Both the position numbers and the translations under genes were made by a program. From positions 9,381 through 73,380 of IMG/VR virus record IMGVR_UViG_3300024966_000001: a stretch of DNA of 64,000 bases. One strand, given 5' to 3'. Positions 7,651 to 18,002 of this stretch are shown here, in pieces. Origin of the DNA: a virus. Below the pieces are notes generated by a model, which ran no database searches, was not told the DNA's origin, and was given only the letters and a program-made list of their open reading frames with translations. Numbering within the stretch: position 1 is the stretch's first letter; each line of letters begins with the position of its first letter.

Positions 7651-9176
7651 TGTCCGATAAGCGCGTACTACTTCCTGAAGATCCGCGATGGCTTCCGTTT
7701 TGCGAGCGATACGCGGGCGACTTGGAAAAGTTCGCCATTGAAGTGCAGGGGGTTATTCCATCCTCGCAACAAGTTGAGTTATTTGCAAGTGTTTCGCCGT
7801 CACGGTCACGCACGTCGGTGGCTTCTGGTCATGGGACTGGAAAAACCTTTTCAATCGCCAATATCGTACTTTGGCATCTTCTCTGTTACCCGATGTCCGT
7901 AACATTGCTCACGGCAAACGACATGGACCAGCTGAAGGTAACGGTATGGAAAGAAATTGGCATAGCACTGGAGCGTATCAGGCGAGGGCCGCATGGATGG
8001 ATTGCCGAGCACGTTGATATTTTAGCCGACGCTACGTGCCGTGTTGTTGGTTTTGAGGCGGTATGGTTTGTAGAATCTAAGACAGCCAATGAAAAGACTG
8101 CAAACAAGATGGCCGGGCGCCACGGCGAATGGCTGTTAATTATCGGCGACGAAGCATCCTCATTGCCCGAGATTGTGCTGACAACGCTCTCAGGAGCACT
8201 TACTGAGCAGCACAACCGGATGATGTTGACCAGTCAGCCGACCCGTAACGCCGGTTTTTTCTACCGAACACACAATGACCTTTCAAGCAATAACGGCGGC
8301 GAATGGACATCGTTAGTATTTGATTCGTTTGATTCTCCGTTTGTTAGCGATGAGTCGCTTATGGAACTGTGGAATCAGTACGAGGATGACGAGCGTAATG
8401 TCAGGTTGCTTGGCCGGTTTCCACAGGATTCATCAAAGCACATGATGAGCCGGGCTGTTGCTGAGTCAATGTACACGCGAGGCCGTATTATTCAAGATAA
8501 TGAGAATTACGGCTGGCTTTCCCTGGGTGATATTGCGTCTGGTGAGGGGTTACGCGATAAGTCGGCAAACGTCATCGCAAAGGTTGTCGGTTATGGCGAT
8601 ATTGGCCCGGATGCGCGGCGGGTAGAGGTCGTCATCATCCCGCTGTTGACCAATAAAATACGCTCAAATCAGTTTGCGTGGTCAATGGTCGACAATGGTT
8701 CTGATTTTCATAATATTACCTATACGGTTGACTCGGGTGGTCTTGGTATTAATGTGTGCCAGGATCTCGAAGATGCCGATAAGGTTGTTCACCGGGTCAA
8801 CTGGGGCAATCCTTGTTTCAAGAAAAGCAATAAGGATCGATACCTTAATCTTAGGGCTCAAGCCATGCACCAAGCGGCTAGGGCGGCTAAAGAGGGGCGT
8901 TTATCTGTACTGACTGTTGATTTTAAGAACGTAATGCTGGATCAGTCATCGCGCATACCGAAAGACTTTACCGATAAGGGGCGTATTCGAGTGCCGCCCA
9001 AGGGATCTAAAGAATGGGATGGCCTGGGCAGTCCGGATTTGTGGGACGCAGTGTGCTTTGCGTTTCTTGAGAACGTAAATTACATGGTTTGTGAGAGCGA
9101 TAAAGGCGGAGATGGGATTACGGCAGCCGACACAGCCAAGGCCGAGGCCGCGAATATGTTTGCTGATGTGGCTTAA
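7650..9176 (+). CDS. Terminase large subunit (PacB-like)
   Basis: Walker A SVASGHGTGKT, Walker B LIIGDEA, nuclease motifs LGDIA and SPDLWDA. Confidence 0.93.
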   Translation: MSDKRVLLPEDPRWLPFCERYAGDLEKFAIEVQGVIPSSQQVELFASVSPSRSRTSVASGHGTGKTFSIANIVLWHLLCYPMSVTLLTANDMDQLKVTVWKEIGIALERIRRGPHGWIAEHVDILADATCRVVGFEAVWFVESKTANEKTANKMAGRHGEWLLIIGDEASSLPEIVLTTLSGALTEQHNRMMLTSQPTRNAGFFYRTHNDLSSNNGGEWTSLVFDSFDSPFVSDESLMELWNQYEDDERNVRLLGRFPQDSSKHMMSRAVAESMYTRGRIIQDNENYGWLSLGDIASGEGLRDKSANVIAKVVGYGDIGPDARRVEVVIIPLLTNKIRSNQFAWSMVDNGSDFHNITYTVDSGGLGINVCQDLEDADKVVHRVNWGNPCFKKSNKDRYLNLRAQAMHQAARAAKEGRLSVLTVDFKNVMLDQSSRIPKDFTDKGRIRVPPKGSKEWDGLGSPDLWDAVCFAFLENVNYMVCESDKGGDGITAADTAKAEAANMFADVA

Positions 9177-9177
9177 T

Positions 9178-9448
9178 TTGACAACTGCTATAGGTGCGGC
9201 TATGCTTTGTCTCGGAGTCTCGAAATCTCCTCTCAAAGCGGAACCCGCACCCGAAAGACCATGCGGTATTTTTTTGCCTTGCATTTTTCAGATTATCGAT
9301 CAATGTTGGGGATAGGCTAATACAAGACCCGAAAGGGAAATAGGCCTGACTGTCTTTGAGCAGTTTCGAGTCCCCGACACCAAACGGAATAGGGGGTATA
9401 TGGATAATCCACATACCCCTTTAATAATCGAAAATAACTCAAGGAACC
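9178..9448 (+). ncRNA. Sigma70 promoter plus C4-like antisense leader, module 3
   Basis: TTGACA 9178, 17-bp spacer, TATGCT 9201; seeds CTTTGAG (9354) and TTTCGAG (9364) match CTCAAAG (9232), CTCGAAA (9219), TCGAAA (9428) and CTCAAG (9438). Confidence 0.65.
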
Positions 9449-9451
9449 ATC

Positions 9452-10471
9452 ATGACCACTCAAACATTAACCATCAATTTCCACGGCACTGATTTATTCA
9501 TCGTTGAACACGACGGACAGCCTTATACTCCAATGAAAACCATCGTTGAAGGAATGGGTTTAAATTGGGCAAGTCAGTTTGTAAAACTGAAATCAAATGA
9601 ACAAAGATGGGGTATTGTGAAAATCGCAATCCCCACCCTTGGCGACATGCAAGAGGCTATATGTATGCCTTTGCGCAAACTAGCTGGGTGGCTATCAACA
9701 ATCAGCCCAAACAAGGTTAAGGCAGATTTACGCGATACCATTATCTATTATCAAAATGAATGCGATGATGTCTTATGGAATCACTGGACAAAAGAACATG
9801 TTCAATACGGCCTAAAACAACTCCCAGAACCTAAAACCAAAAAAGCCCTGCCCGGCGGACTGACTCTTGAAATGCAGGACGAAATCAAAGCTCTGATCAA
9901 AGAGCGCGTCGAAATGCTACCGCAAGAGAAATGGCGTGGTGCATCAATGCAGCTTTGGGGTAGCATTAAAAAGAAATTCAGCTTAACCAAAGAGCAATCT
10001 TACAAAGATTTATCGCCAGAGCATTATGCCAGCTGCCTTTCCATGCTTACCAGATTGGAGCTAAAAGGCGACCCACTACTTCACGTCACGCCGCTGGAAC
10101 TTGCCGCCCTGGTAGATGAGCGGGTTAAGGCGATTGAGGGCGAATTATTGCCCAAAACAAAGCCCGTGCAATACAACAGCATCACACTAAACCTTGTACC
10201 GATTACCGACGGCAAGATGAAGCGCTTTATGGTAACTCAACATCCTGAGGGTGGGATGGATTTTTGGGCGGTCGGTGACGATAAGAAAATCATGACCGAC
10301 GAGCAAATGATCTTGCATTTACAAAATAATAATTATGTCGTTGTCGAGCGCACACCCGGCGGCATGACCCGTATGGTTGCGCACTATTTGCCTCATCAGG
10401 TCTTGCCGGTTCTATTACGAGCTATTGGTGAGCGAATTGAAAGAACTGAAACGGGTAAATTGCAGGCTTAA
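9452..10471 (+). CDS. P22_AR N-terminal-domain antirepressor-like protein
   Basis: FHG..L..VEHDGQPYTPMK.IVEGMGLNW.SQF.KL...CMPLRKLAGWL.TISPNKV...YQNECDDVLW. Confidence 0.88.
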   Translation: MTTQTLTINFHGTDLFIVEHDGQPYTPMKTIVEGMGLNWASQFVKLKSNEQRWGIVKIAIPTLGDMQEAICMPLRKLAGWLSTISPNKVKADLRDTIIYYQNECDDVLWNHWTKEHVQYGLKQLPEPKTKKALPGGLTLEMQDEIKALIKERVEMLPQEKWRGASMQLWGSIKKKFSLTKEQSYKDLSPEHYASCLSMLTRLELKGDPLLHVTPLELAALVDERVKAIEGELLPKTKPVQYNSITLNLVPITDGKMKRFMVTQHPEGGMDFWAVGDDKKIMTDEQMILHLQNNNYVVVERTPGGMTRMVAHYLPHQVLPVLLRAIGERIERTETGKLQA

Positions 10472-10506
10472 TTGCCGAGTGCCATCAAGCCAAGGATGGC
10501 GTACTC

Positions 10507-10546
10507 GGAAAACGCCAAAAATCATTAATCCAAATCCAATTAACCT
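10507..10546 (+). promoter_or_regulatory. Putative late promoter 1
   Basis: GGAAAAC-N27-TAACCT. Confidence 0.6.
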
Positions 10547-10595
10547 ATCCGCTCATTGTAAAAAAAATGAATTAGTTAATTTTAGGAGACATATC

Positions 10596-10901
10596 TTGAA
10601 GAAAATACCTTATCTTGTTGCACTCATGATTGCGTTTTTTGTTAGCTTGGCTGCTCCAGTAGCCGCTATGGCTGATACCGAAACCGGCTGGGTGGCGCAA
10701 CATCAAAGTAATGAGGTTTCGGCCATTTACGCTGAGCCGGTTATCTTGCATGCAAATCGAAGCGGTATCACAGATACTGTTTTGGATTTTTATGCTGTAT
10801 TGCCTAACGATAGAGGCTATTCTCGACCGAGTTCAGATCAGGTTATGGGTTATAACGGCAAGGCTGTTGTGGCTGGTTACAAAGATCGACCGGGTTGGTA
10901 A
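10596..10901 (+). CDS. Small exported protein
   Basis: AGGAG SD and TTG start; signal peptide MKKIPYLVALMIAFFVSLAAPVAAMA. Confidence 0.6.
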   Translation: MKKIPYLVALMIAFFVSLAAPVAAMADTETGWVAQHQSNEVSAIYAEPVILHANRSGITDTVLDFYAVLPNDRGYSRPSSDQVMGYNGKAVVAGYKDRPGW

Positions 10902-10920
10902 ATGTAGTTTTGACCAACAC

Positions 10921-10959
10921 AAAAAGCCCCTTGCATGAAGAATGTTAAGGGGCTTTTTT
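10921..10959 (+). terminator. Rho-independent terminator, probably bidirectional
   Basis: AAAAAGCCCCTT...AAGGGGCTTTTTT. Confidence 0.85.
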
Positions 10960-10975
10960 ATTGCCCGGCGCATTC

Positions 10976-11015
10976 GGAAAACCGCAAATAAATAGGCAAT
11001 TTACCCGCCTATCAT
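10976..11015 (+). promoter_or_regulatory. Putative late promoter 2
   Basis: GGAAAAC-N27-TATCAT. Confidence 0.65.
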
Positions 11016-11045
11016 TGCCCTGACAGTTTTTAATAGGGTAATGCC

Positions 11046-11912
11046 ATGCCAAAGTCAATCGTACAGCCACCGCTGATAACCTACAACCTGAATGACCGCG
11101 GCCGTAAGCATCGTGGAAAGGACAGAAATTTCAATATCAAGGCTATTTGTGACGCGATAAATAGTCCTGCCTGTCAGGAGCGTGTCAAGACTCGCGCTAT
11201 GCTGGGCTACTACGGGCATTTACCAAGGCGATTAGCCGGACTGGAGCCGGTTGAAAGCTTGGTCAATTCTGGAAAGTACAATGAAATAGAACCGGCCATC
11301 GTAACGACAAGCCTTGAAGCGTTTCCGGATGGAACAATCAGGCATCAAACTGAATTCCTTGATTCTTTTCCAGGCAGAAAAGCCGCTCGAATGTTTGCCA
11401 ATAAGGTCGGCGGATTCAGTTCGGCCATTGATAAAAATAAGCCTGAAATGTTTGGTTTTGACTATGTTTTGGACCCGAACTACTCCACTAACCGTGGATT
11501 CACGCTGGATTCAGCGGGCGTTACCTTTGATGACGCATCCGGGGAAGAGTTAGCGCTTGATCAGGTTATCGAAATTGTTCAGAGTGAGGAGCAAGAGTCT
11601 TTGCTTTCAATAATCGAGCAAAAAAACGCCCAAATCGAGCAAATGGCGCAGGCACTTGATAGCGCAAACGCCGAAAATGAAGAACTGCTTTCGATACTGG
11701 CATCCAAGAACACCAACGCCGTTCTCGATAGCGCGTCTATAGCGCCAATAGCTGTGTCTTTGGATAGCATTGACCGTATCAAAAAAGACACCGAATTCTT
11801 CAGACAGACAGCGAAATTGCCTGGCTTTGTAGCGCCGTTATCCGGCGACCAAAAACAGGCCGAAAAAGAAACTAACGACCTGTTTGGTCGGATGAGTCAG
11901 CGCAATGTTTGA
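11046..11912 (+). CDS. Prohead protease (P1 Pro-like)
   Basis: GYYGH..R, GGFSSAI, GFDYV..PNY..NRG, followed by a coiled scaffold-like C-terminus. Confidence 0.75.
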   Translation: MPKSIVQPPLITYNLNDRGRKHRGKDRNFNIKAICDAINSPACQERVKTRAMLGYYGHLPRRLAGLEPVESLVNSGKYNEIEPAIVTTSLEAFPDGTIRHQTEFLDSFPGRKAARMFANKVGGFSSAIDKNKPEMFGFDYVLDPNYSTNRGFTLDSAGVTFDDASGEELALDQVIEIVQSEEQESLLSIIEQKNAQIEQMAQALDSANAENEELLSILASKNTNAVLDSASIAPIAVSLDSIDRIKKDTEFFRQTAKLPGFVAPLSGDQKQAEKETNDLFGRMSQRNV

Positions 11913-12633
11913 GGCGGTTAAGGTTGGCTTTGGTGGCTACATGGGGGCATTTTATACGTCCATTTCGTCAACAACAATGAAGTCGCTGCATGAGTACACA
12001 GCGCGTGGACTTGCAAAGAGTATCGTTTGGGCGCCATCCAGAATGATTGACCAGGCCGAAGATATGCTGTCTTTATGGCAGCGTAACGATACCGATAGCA
12101 GCGACACTCATCCAGCCAAGTTGCCGGTGGTTATTGTAGCCGTTGCCAGGGATTACACGCCAACTGGCAGGGATTTTACGCGGCAGATTTCTGACTCCAC
12201 ACACGTCATTATCCCAGGCGATACCAAAGAGCGTCATTTTGGCTTACGGACTATTGCCGGGGACATTCGCGCGCAAGTAGCCATATTCGCAGCCGACGAG
12301 CCGACAGCGCACTCTCTTGCATCCCAGTTTTGCCTATTCCTTGATGCTATGCCGAATCGGCGCTTTCATGCCGATTATGCTTTTGCCGGTGTAACGACCG
12401 GGTGGCCGGTGCAGATCGAGTCTCCCGATAGTCCAGTAGCATCCGTCCAAACCGGGTTAAAAAACGTAGTGATTATGGTTGTCGACTTAACTTTAAAGGC
12501 CTCAATCCCGCTATTCGATGCGCCTAAAGTTGGCGACCCTTATAACGACGGCAAAGGAACTCCAGGAACCGATGACCCGGCCGGTTATCAACTGGTTGTC
12601 CAGGTTGATGTGACCGATACGGAGATTCAATGA
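11905..12633 (+). CDS. Morphogenesis protein (tail terminator/completion-like)
   Basis: Coupled ORF in the structural operon; function inferred from context. Confidence 0.5.
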   Translation: MFEAVKVGFGGYMGAFYTSISSTTMKSLHEYTARGLAKSIVWAPSRMIDQAEDMLSLWQRNDTDSSDTHPAKLPVVIVAVARDYTPTGRDFTRQISDSTHVIIPGDTKERHFGLRTIAGDIRAQVAIFAADEPTAHSLASQFCLFLDAMPNRRFHADYAFAGVTTGWPVQIESPDSPVASVQTGLKNVVIMVVDLTLKASIPLFDAPKVGDPYNDGKGTPGTDDPAGYQLVVQVDVTDTEIQ

Positions 12634-12845
12634 TGGTTTTAACGCTAATTGATTTTTCGTTGCGGTACTTCGTGATTGGTTTGGTAACCCTGCTTGTCTT
12701 GATTCAGATCGCTAAAAAGGATGATTACGACTATCAAAGCATGTCTGAAAATCTTGGTCGATTTGTTATTTTTGGGATACTTGGGTGGCCTTATGTGGCG
12801 GTTGTGTGGGTTTTCTCGTGGTCAATCTGGCTCAAGAAATTATGA
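12630..12845 (+). CDS. Small two-TM membrane protein
   Basis: Two hydrophobic segments, LGWP motif, overlaps both neighbours. Confidence 0.55.
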   Translation: MMVLTLIDFSLRYFVIGLVTLLVLIQIAKKDDYDYQSMSENLGRFVIFGILGWPYVAVVWVFSWSIWLKKL

Positions 12846-13342
12846 TTGCCATACAAACCACAATAGTCGGCTATTCGGGCAAGCCCTGTACGCTATTTTC
12901 GGCATATGACCAAGAATCTCAGGTATTGGTTGTGTCGGTCGAGGCGGCATACCGTCGGGACCGGCGCGATGGCTGTATGGTCATTACCAATGATGACAAT
13001 ATCGAACGTGACGGACTGTTCTCGGAAGAAGATTTGCAAACATCCATTACTTCATATTTCAGCATGCTGGGCAGTGTGGCCTTGGACGGAAAAAGCTCCA
13101 GGGTTGTGTTCGCCGACAAGGCGGCGCGGGCAAACCCGGCGCAATCGATTGAAAAAGACGGAATGGACTCGAGTGGTCAGCGCTACCGAATTGCCGAAAC
13201 CATTACCAGTGCTCAAATTGCCGCATTGGCAACCTGTTGGTATACCTCATCACGAGTCAACACCATAGACAAAATGCTAATCATGGCAGACAAGCTGTTA
13301 GACATAGAGCTTCTTAATCGTGGCGGGATTTTAACAATATGA
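12842..13342 (+). CDS. Hypothetical phage protein
   Basis: ATGA-coupled ORF. Confidence 0.6.
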   Translation: MIAIQTTIVGYSGKPCTLFSAYDQESQVLVVSVEAAYRRDRRDGCMVITNDDNIERDGLFSEEDLQTSITSYFSMLGSVALDGKSSRVVFADKAARANPAQSIEKDGMDSSGQRYRIAETITSAQIAALATCWYTSSRVNTIDKMLIMADKLLDIELLNRGGILTI

Positions 13343-13794
13343 ACCAATTAACTTATGCGCGAAAAACGTCGATACTTTTTGCTTTGGCTTTGATGTATTC
13401 GTGCTCGCATCCTGATCCTGTTATGGCGGTCGAATACGGAGATAAGCCAGCAACGGTAATCAAGGTACATGACGGCGATACTATCGCTGTATCAATACCT
13501 GATTGGCCCAGCGTGATCGGCAATAAAATTCCTGTCCGTGTTTATGGGATCGATACGCCGGAACTATTGGGCAAATGCGCCAATGAAAAAGCAAAAGCGC
13601 TATTGGCTAAAGCGTTCACTGAAAACTTTGTCAATTCAAAGCTGGTCACGTTAAAGGCGATCAAGCGCGACAAGTATTTCAGAATCCTGGCAAGTGTTTA
13701 CGTGGGCGATAGCAGCCTTGCCGATGGATTACTTAAAGCAAATCTGGCTCGACCGTATTTTGGCAGTAGCAAATCGAATTGGTGTGCGCCTTAA
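13339..13794 (+). CDS. Thermonuclease (SNase) family exported nuclease
   Basis: VIKVHDGDTI...VRVYGIDTPE...RDKYFRILA.V; N-terminal signal. Confidence 0.9.
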   Translation: MNQLTYARKTSILFALALMYSCSHPDPVMAVEYGDKPATVIKVHDGDTIAVSIPDWPSVIGNKIPVRVYGIDTPELLGKCANEKAKALLAKAFTENFVNSKLVTLKAIKRDKYFRILASVYVGDSSLADGLLKANLARPYFGSSKSNWCAP

Positions 13795-14129
13795 TGAGCG
13801 ATGTAGACAGCCAGGCCGCAAAGGACTTTTACAGGGAAGTACGGCGGTTTTCTGAGCGCACAAAGCTTTGGGAGAAAGCAATATTTCACGAAGTAACGCC
13901 GGATGAAATGCGGGACTTTACCCTTGTTTCGGCGCGTGTTTATGGTCGGCGCGATGAGTATTTGGCTGTTATGGCAGCGGCCGGTATAGATACTGTCGAT
14001 CAGCCTTTGCCACAAAAGACGCTGGTATTGCCGACCGACTCGCAGTTGAGCGTAATTAAGCGCCTGACCGGCTTTGAAAGCCGGGATGAATATCGTCAGG
14101 ATGGCAAGCCAACTTGGAGTGAGGATTAA
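13794..14129 (+). CDS. Baseplate wedge / tail-X LysM-like protein
   Basis: DE..D.TLVSARVYGRRDE.LAVMAAAGID...LVLPT. Confidence 0.55.
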   Translation: MSDVDSQAAKDFYREVRRFSERTKLWEKAIFHEVTPDEMRDFTLVSARVYGRRDEYLAVMAAAGIDTVDQPLPQKTLVLPTDSQLSVIKRLTGFESRDEYRQDGKPTWSED

Positions 14130-14131
14130 AT

Positions 14132-15238
14132 ATGGCCGATAACTCATGGCTTGGTAGCTTAAAAGGGTCGGCTTCAGAGGCGAAGCAGCGGGCAAAAGAA
14201 GATGCCGCACAGCGCAAGGCTGAAGGGCAGCGAAAGGATAGTATCATCCTAAATCAGAAGGATATACAAACCGGCAGCTGGGATGCAACAAAGGTTTTAT
14301 TTACAACTATCGGCGGGCAGCTTCGACCTATAACGGCCGATGATTTGGCAGCATTCCGGCGCAACATTGCTTCGGCGCAGTCACAAACAGGAAGATTTGC
14401 AAAAGGTGTTACAGCAAAGCAGGTTATAGACTGGTCGGCCGGTATTGTTCAGGGCACACAGTTTGCAGTTTATGGTATTCAAAAATCTGATTTAGACCGG
14501 GCAACTCGCGAGATAACGATGGCCGTCCCGGTATCGGCTCAAAACAGTGTCGATGGGCAGGGCGCAAAGGTACGATTTATCACCAATGCTGGACCTGATT
14601 CCGATGTGTCTCGGCATCATATCCTGGTTGAGTTCATGAACTATGGCCCCGAAGCAGCATCCGGGCTTACCGATCCGCGTAAATCAGCTATGCGCTTACG
14701 CAACGGCCCGCTAAAAATTGAGTGCGATTGCGGTCGCTGGCGCTACTGGTTTAGATATTTGGCTACGATCGGCGGCTATAACGCCGGGCGACCAGAAACG
14801 GGTTACCCAAAAATACGCAACCCAAAACTACAAGGAATAGCCTGTAAGCACATTGTCAGGGTTATGTCTGAGGTTAAGTCTGGATCGGCAACGCTTAATT
14901 TTTTAACCAAATTAATGGACAAGGCCAAGTCAAGCGACGAGGCCAAGGCGGCTCTACGAAGTAAACAATCAGAGGCCGAAAAACTAATTAAAAACCAATC
15001 CAGGCGCACGGCCGGCAACGAGATTAAAGCCAGTGAACAAAAACGACTGGAGCGCTCAGCAAAGAACGCCGCCAACGCCACCAAGCAAGCCGCAAAACCG
15101 AAAAAAGAAAAGCGCATGTCCAAAAAAATAGCCGGAATGACTCCAGATCAAAGGGAGGCGGCTTTACGCGCGTCGATGGCTCAGTTTGGAGCGGTGCCGA
15201 CACCTGAGCAGATATCCGGAGTAAGAAATGCTAAATAA
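14132..15238 (+). CDS. SWIM-type zinc-finger protein
   Basis: CDC..WRYWF.Y...PKIRNP.L.G.ACKH. Confidence 0.7.
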   Translation: MADNSWLGSLKGSASEAKQRAKEDAAQRKAEGQRKDSIILNQKDIQTGSWDATKVLFTTIGGQLRPITADDLAAFRRNIASAQSQTGRFAKGVTAKQVIDWSAGIVQGTQFAVYGIQKSDLDRATREITMAVPVSAQNSVDGQGAKVRFITNAGPDSDVSRHHILVEFMNYGPEAASGLTDPRKSAMRLRNGPLKIECDCGRWRYWFRYLATIGGYNAGRPETGYPKIRNPKLQGIACKHIVRVMSEVKSGSATLNFLTKLMDKAKSSDEAKAALRSKQSEAEKLIKNQSRRTAGNEIKASEQKRLERSAKNAANATKQAAKPKKEKRMSKKIAGMTPDQREAALRASMAQFGAVPTPEQISGVRNAK

Positions 15239-15701
15239 TGTCCCTGAAGCCATTAATAAAATGGCTCGAAATGTCGTCATCAATCACCCTAATTCTTACA
15301 ACTGCATTGCAGTGCGCAAGCGGGTAACTCGTCCGGGCGCAGTAGTCAGTGGATTGCCAACTCTTGGCGGCATGGGTGTAATCAGTTCGGACGATGAAGA
15401 GTCTATCGAATGGGATTTACTGGGCAACGGCTATGCGCTAAAAGCAGATCCGTTCGGCGTTTCGCAGATGATGGACCGGCAGGATGCAAACAATGGATCG
15501 GAGGACGAGTTCCGGTTCTTAATCGAACCCGAAGAGGAAGGTTTGTTCGCCATAAAAAAACACGACGTAATCTACCTTGTGTTCGGTGATGTTCGCTTGG
15601 CCTTCCAGATTGTCGGCGTTGAAACAACCAGTGATATTCCGCCATACACCCAGCGCTATGTCTGCAACCGGCGGGATGATCTGCATTTCGTAGAAGGATA
15701 G
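15228..15701 (+). CDS. Head closure/completion-like protein
   Basis: Beta-rich ORF immediately before the capsid operon. Confidence 0.5.
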   Translation: MLNNVPEAINKMARNVVINHPNSYNCIAVRKRVTRPGAVVSGLPTLGGMGVISSDDEESIEWDLLGNGYALKADPFGVSQMMDRQDANNGSEDEFRFLIEPEEEGLFAIKKHDVIYLVFGDVRLAFQIVGVETTSDIPPYTQRYVCNRRDDLHFVEG

Positions 15702-15740
15702 CCCATTAAATTACAGGGCGAACTTGTACTTTTCACACTC

Positions 15741-15780
15741 GGAAAACCTCACAAAAAGGCAAATTTTTAGAACTCAGAAT
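15741..15780 (+). promoter_or_regulatory. Putative late promoter 3 (capsid)
   Basis: GGAAAAC-N27-CAGAAT. Confidence 0.65.
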
Positions 15781-15832
15781 TAAACCATGCCGTTGAAGAC
15801 GGCATTTGTTTAACTTCTTGGGACATAAAAAA

Positions 15833-17536
15833 ATGCCAACTTCTATCCGGCGCTCGCAGCGCATCGTAAACAGCGCCACGGCTATCGGCGCGGCTCAATT
15901 CTTTGATAGTTTGAAAGACAATAAAATTGCAACATTTGATTCCGCTAATGACGCTTCATTGGCTGTATTCGACTCGGCGGCGGCCAATGAGCTTGTTTCG
16001 GCTACGGATACGAATGTGCCGGAAAACCTGCAAATGGTTTTCGACGAAATCGGCGCTGAAAAAACAGCCGATGTTGTTAAGGCGATTCTTTGCGGGGCAA
16101 ACGAATACGAAAGCAGACATGGCGTATCGGTCCCAGCTGACGTACTGAATTATGCGTTTAGCTTGGCGGCCGGAACAACCGATCAAGCCCGTGCGGTGAT
16201 GGCCCTCGACTCGGCCAACAGCTTGCATGGCGACAACTTATCGATGCAACCCAATCGCGCAGTGATCGCTGTTTATGCAGCCTTAATGGAAGCGATTCCT
16301 TTTGCGCATTATCTGCCGGTGGATATTGGCTCCAATGAAGCAAAGTTGGGCATTGTTACGCACCAAGCTGGCGGCCATTTCGGTATGTATGCGGCTAACG
16401 GCGGCATGGACGGCATCTCTTCTGGCGATCCGTACATCACGTCTTCGCGTATCCATGCCACGACCAATAGTTCCGGTGCTCATACCGGACAATTAACTTC
16501 CGTTCAAACCGACCGCGACACTTGCGCCGCAGTCAGTGGCGATGTGGTTGCTGTTAAGTTGCTGCGAGGCCGTACTCAGGTTTACGTCAATGGCCGTATC
16601 GTTGCCCGCGAGGTCAGTTCGGCTGGCTCTGGCTTATCGACCGTTAGCGGTTCCGTGGTTATCTCCGGCACAACCTATCAAATCGGCGGAACAGTAAACA
16701 CCGATACGGGCGCCATTGCACTGACCTCTACGCCTGCGCTTGGCGACAGCGTACCGGTGCATGTTGAAGGCTTCCTCGATTACGACCGCCAACCCTCGTT
16801 GACACCAACTATCGTAACCAACGCGGAAATGTTCTCCATTTTTGCCAAACCTTGGCAGGTGGCTACACAAATCGGCATGTCGAGCAGAACGCAAATGGCG
16901 AACGAGCTTGGTTTGGATGCGCATTGCGAAAGCTTGCTGACTATTCAGTCCCAGTTCGCGAACGAGCGTCATTACGAGGTGCTGGATAAAGCGCTGCGCC
17001 TTGCTACTTACAGCGGCAATACCGCTACTTTCGACTTTGCCTGGTCAACCCAAAGCGCGCAAAAAACGCGTGCCGATGTGTTGCAGGATCTCCAGTCTCA
17101 CTTGGGCGTCGTGTCTCAACAAATGGCAATTGACACCATGTCTTACGGCGTTACACACCTCTACGTCGGTAAGTATCTCGGCGCAATGATGTTGGGATTG
17201 CCTACAACCATCTGGCAGCCGTCCGGTGTGCGTCATCGCCCAAGCATTTACCGCTTAGGCCGCTTGTTTGGTCTGTACGACGTTTACTACACGCCAAAAA
17301 TCATCACCGAATCCAGCTCAGCCGGTCAAATCCTGTGTATCGGTCAAGCGCCTGACGTTGCTCGCAACCCGTTTGTCTTGGGTGATGCGGTTCCACCAAC
17401 ACTGGTTGTATTGGGTGTTGGCATGGACCTGAAACAAGGTAACGGCTTCTACGGTCGTAACTTTACTGAAACCAATCCGCACGGACCTTCTTCAATGGGT
17501 TGCGCACTGATTAATGTCACCAACATGGGTCTTTAA
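15833..17536 (+). CDS. Major capsid protein (P1 gp23-like)
   Basis: 567 aa; position before the sheath; HK97-like C-terminus (YRLGRLFGLYDVYYTP...PFVLGDAVPP). Confidence 0.75.
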   Translation: MPTSIRRSQRIVNSATAIGAAQFFDSLKDNKIATFDSANDASLAVFDSAAANELVSATDTNVPENLQMVFDEIGAEKTADVVKAILCGANEYESRHGVSVPADVLNYAFSLAAGTTDQARAVMALDSANSLHGDNLSMQPNRAVIAVYAALMEAIPFAHYLPVDIGSNEAKLGIVTHQAGGHFGMYAANGGMDGISSGDPYITSSRIHATTNSSGAHTGQLTSVQTDRDTCAAVSGDVVAVKLLRGRTQVYVNGRIVAREVSSAGSGLSTVSGSVVISGTTYQIGGTVNTDTGAIALTSTPALGDSVPVHVEGFLDYDRQPSLTPTIVTNAEMFSIFAKPWQVATQIGMSSRTQMANELGLDAHCESLLTIQSQFANERHYEVLDKALRLATYSGNTATFDFAWSTQSAQKTRADVLQDLQSHLGVVSQQMAIDTMSYGVTHLYVGKYLGAMMLGLPTTIWQPSGVRHRPSIYRLGRLFGLYDVYYTPKIITESSSAGQILCIGQAPDVARNPFVLGDAVPPTLVVLGVGMDLKQGNGFYGRNFTETNPHGPSSMGCALINVTNMGL

Positions 17537-17565
17537 GACACCGGTCTTAGCTTAGGAGCGAACTA

Positions 17566-17988
17566 ATGAATATTGTGAAATTAGGCGCTCCTTCCCTAAC
17601 CGGGAAGGACGCAAACGATTTAGTGGCAGAAGCTTTCAAAGATGCCGCATTCCCATTACAGATTAAAGCAACGAATTTAGTTGCTCATCCGCTGAGCTTT
17701 CCTGAAGTGTCCGGTATGTATTTGGATCCTTGCACGCATGGCGACAAAGCGACCGTAGTGGTCACCGTGACAAGCAACGACGCGCTGCAAAGACTGGCTT
17801 CCAGTATCGAGCAAATCGCGGAATTGAATCATCATGAGGCAATGCTGGAGCTGTCGGCATATGACGCCGAAGCGAAATTGGTTGACGAAGCGTCGGAAGA
17901 GCAACCGGAAGTAGACGCTACCGGTTCCGATACTGATACAGCCGAAGCGGGTGACAAAAAAACTCGTTCTGCAAAATCAAAAATCTAA
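17566..17988 (+). CDS. Hypothetical virion protein
   Basis: AGGAG SD; lies between capsid and sheath. Confidence 0.6.
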   Translation: MNIVKLGAPSLTGKDANDLVAEAFKDAAFPLQIKATNLVAHPLSFPEVSGMYLDPCTHGDKATVVVTVTSNDALQRLASSIEQIAELNHHEAMLELSAYDAEAKLVDEASEEQPEVDATGSDTDTAEAGDKKTRSAKSKI

Positions 17989-18002
17989 CTGGAGTTTAGG
18001 CT

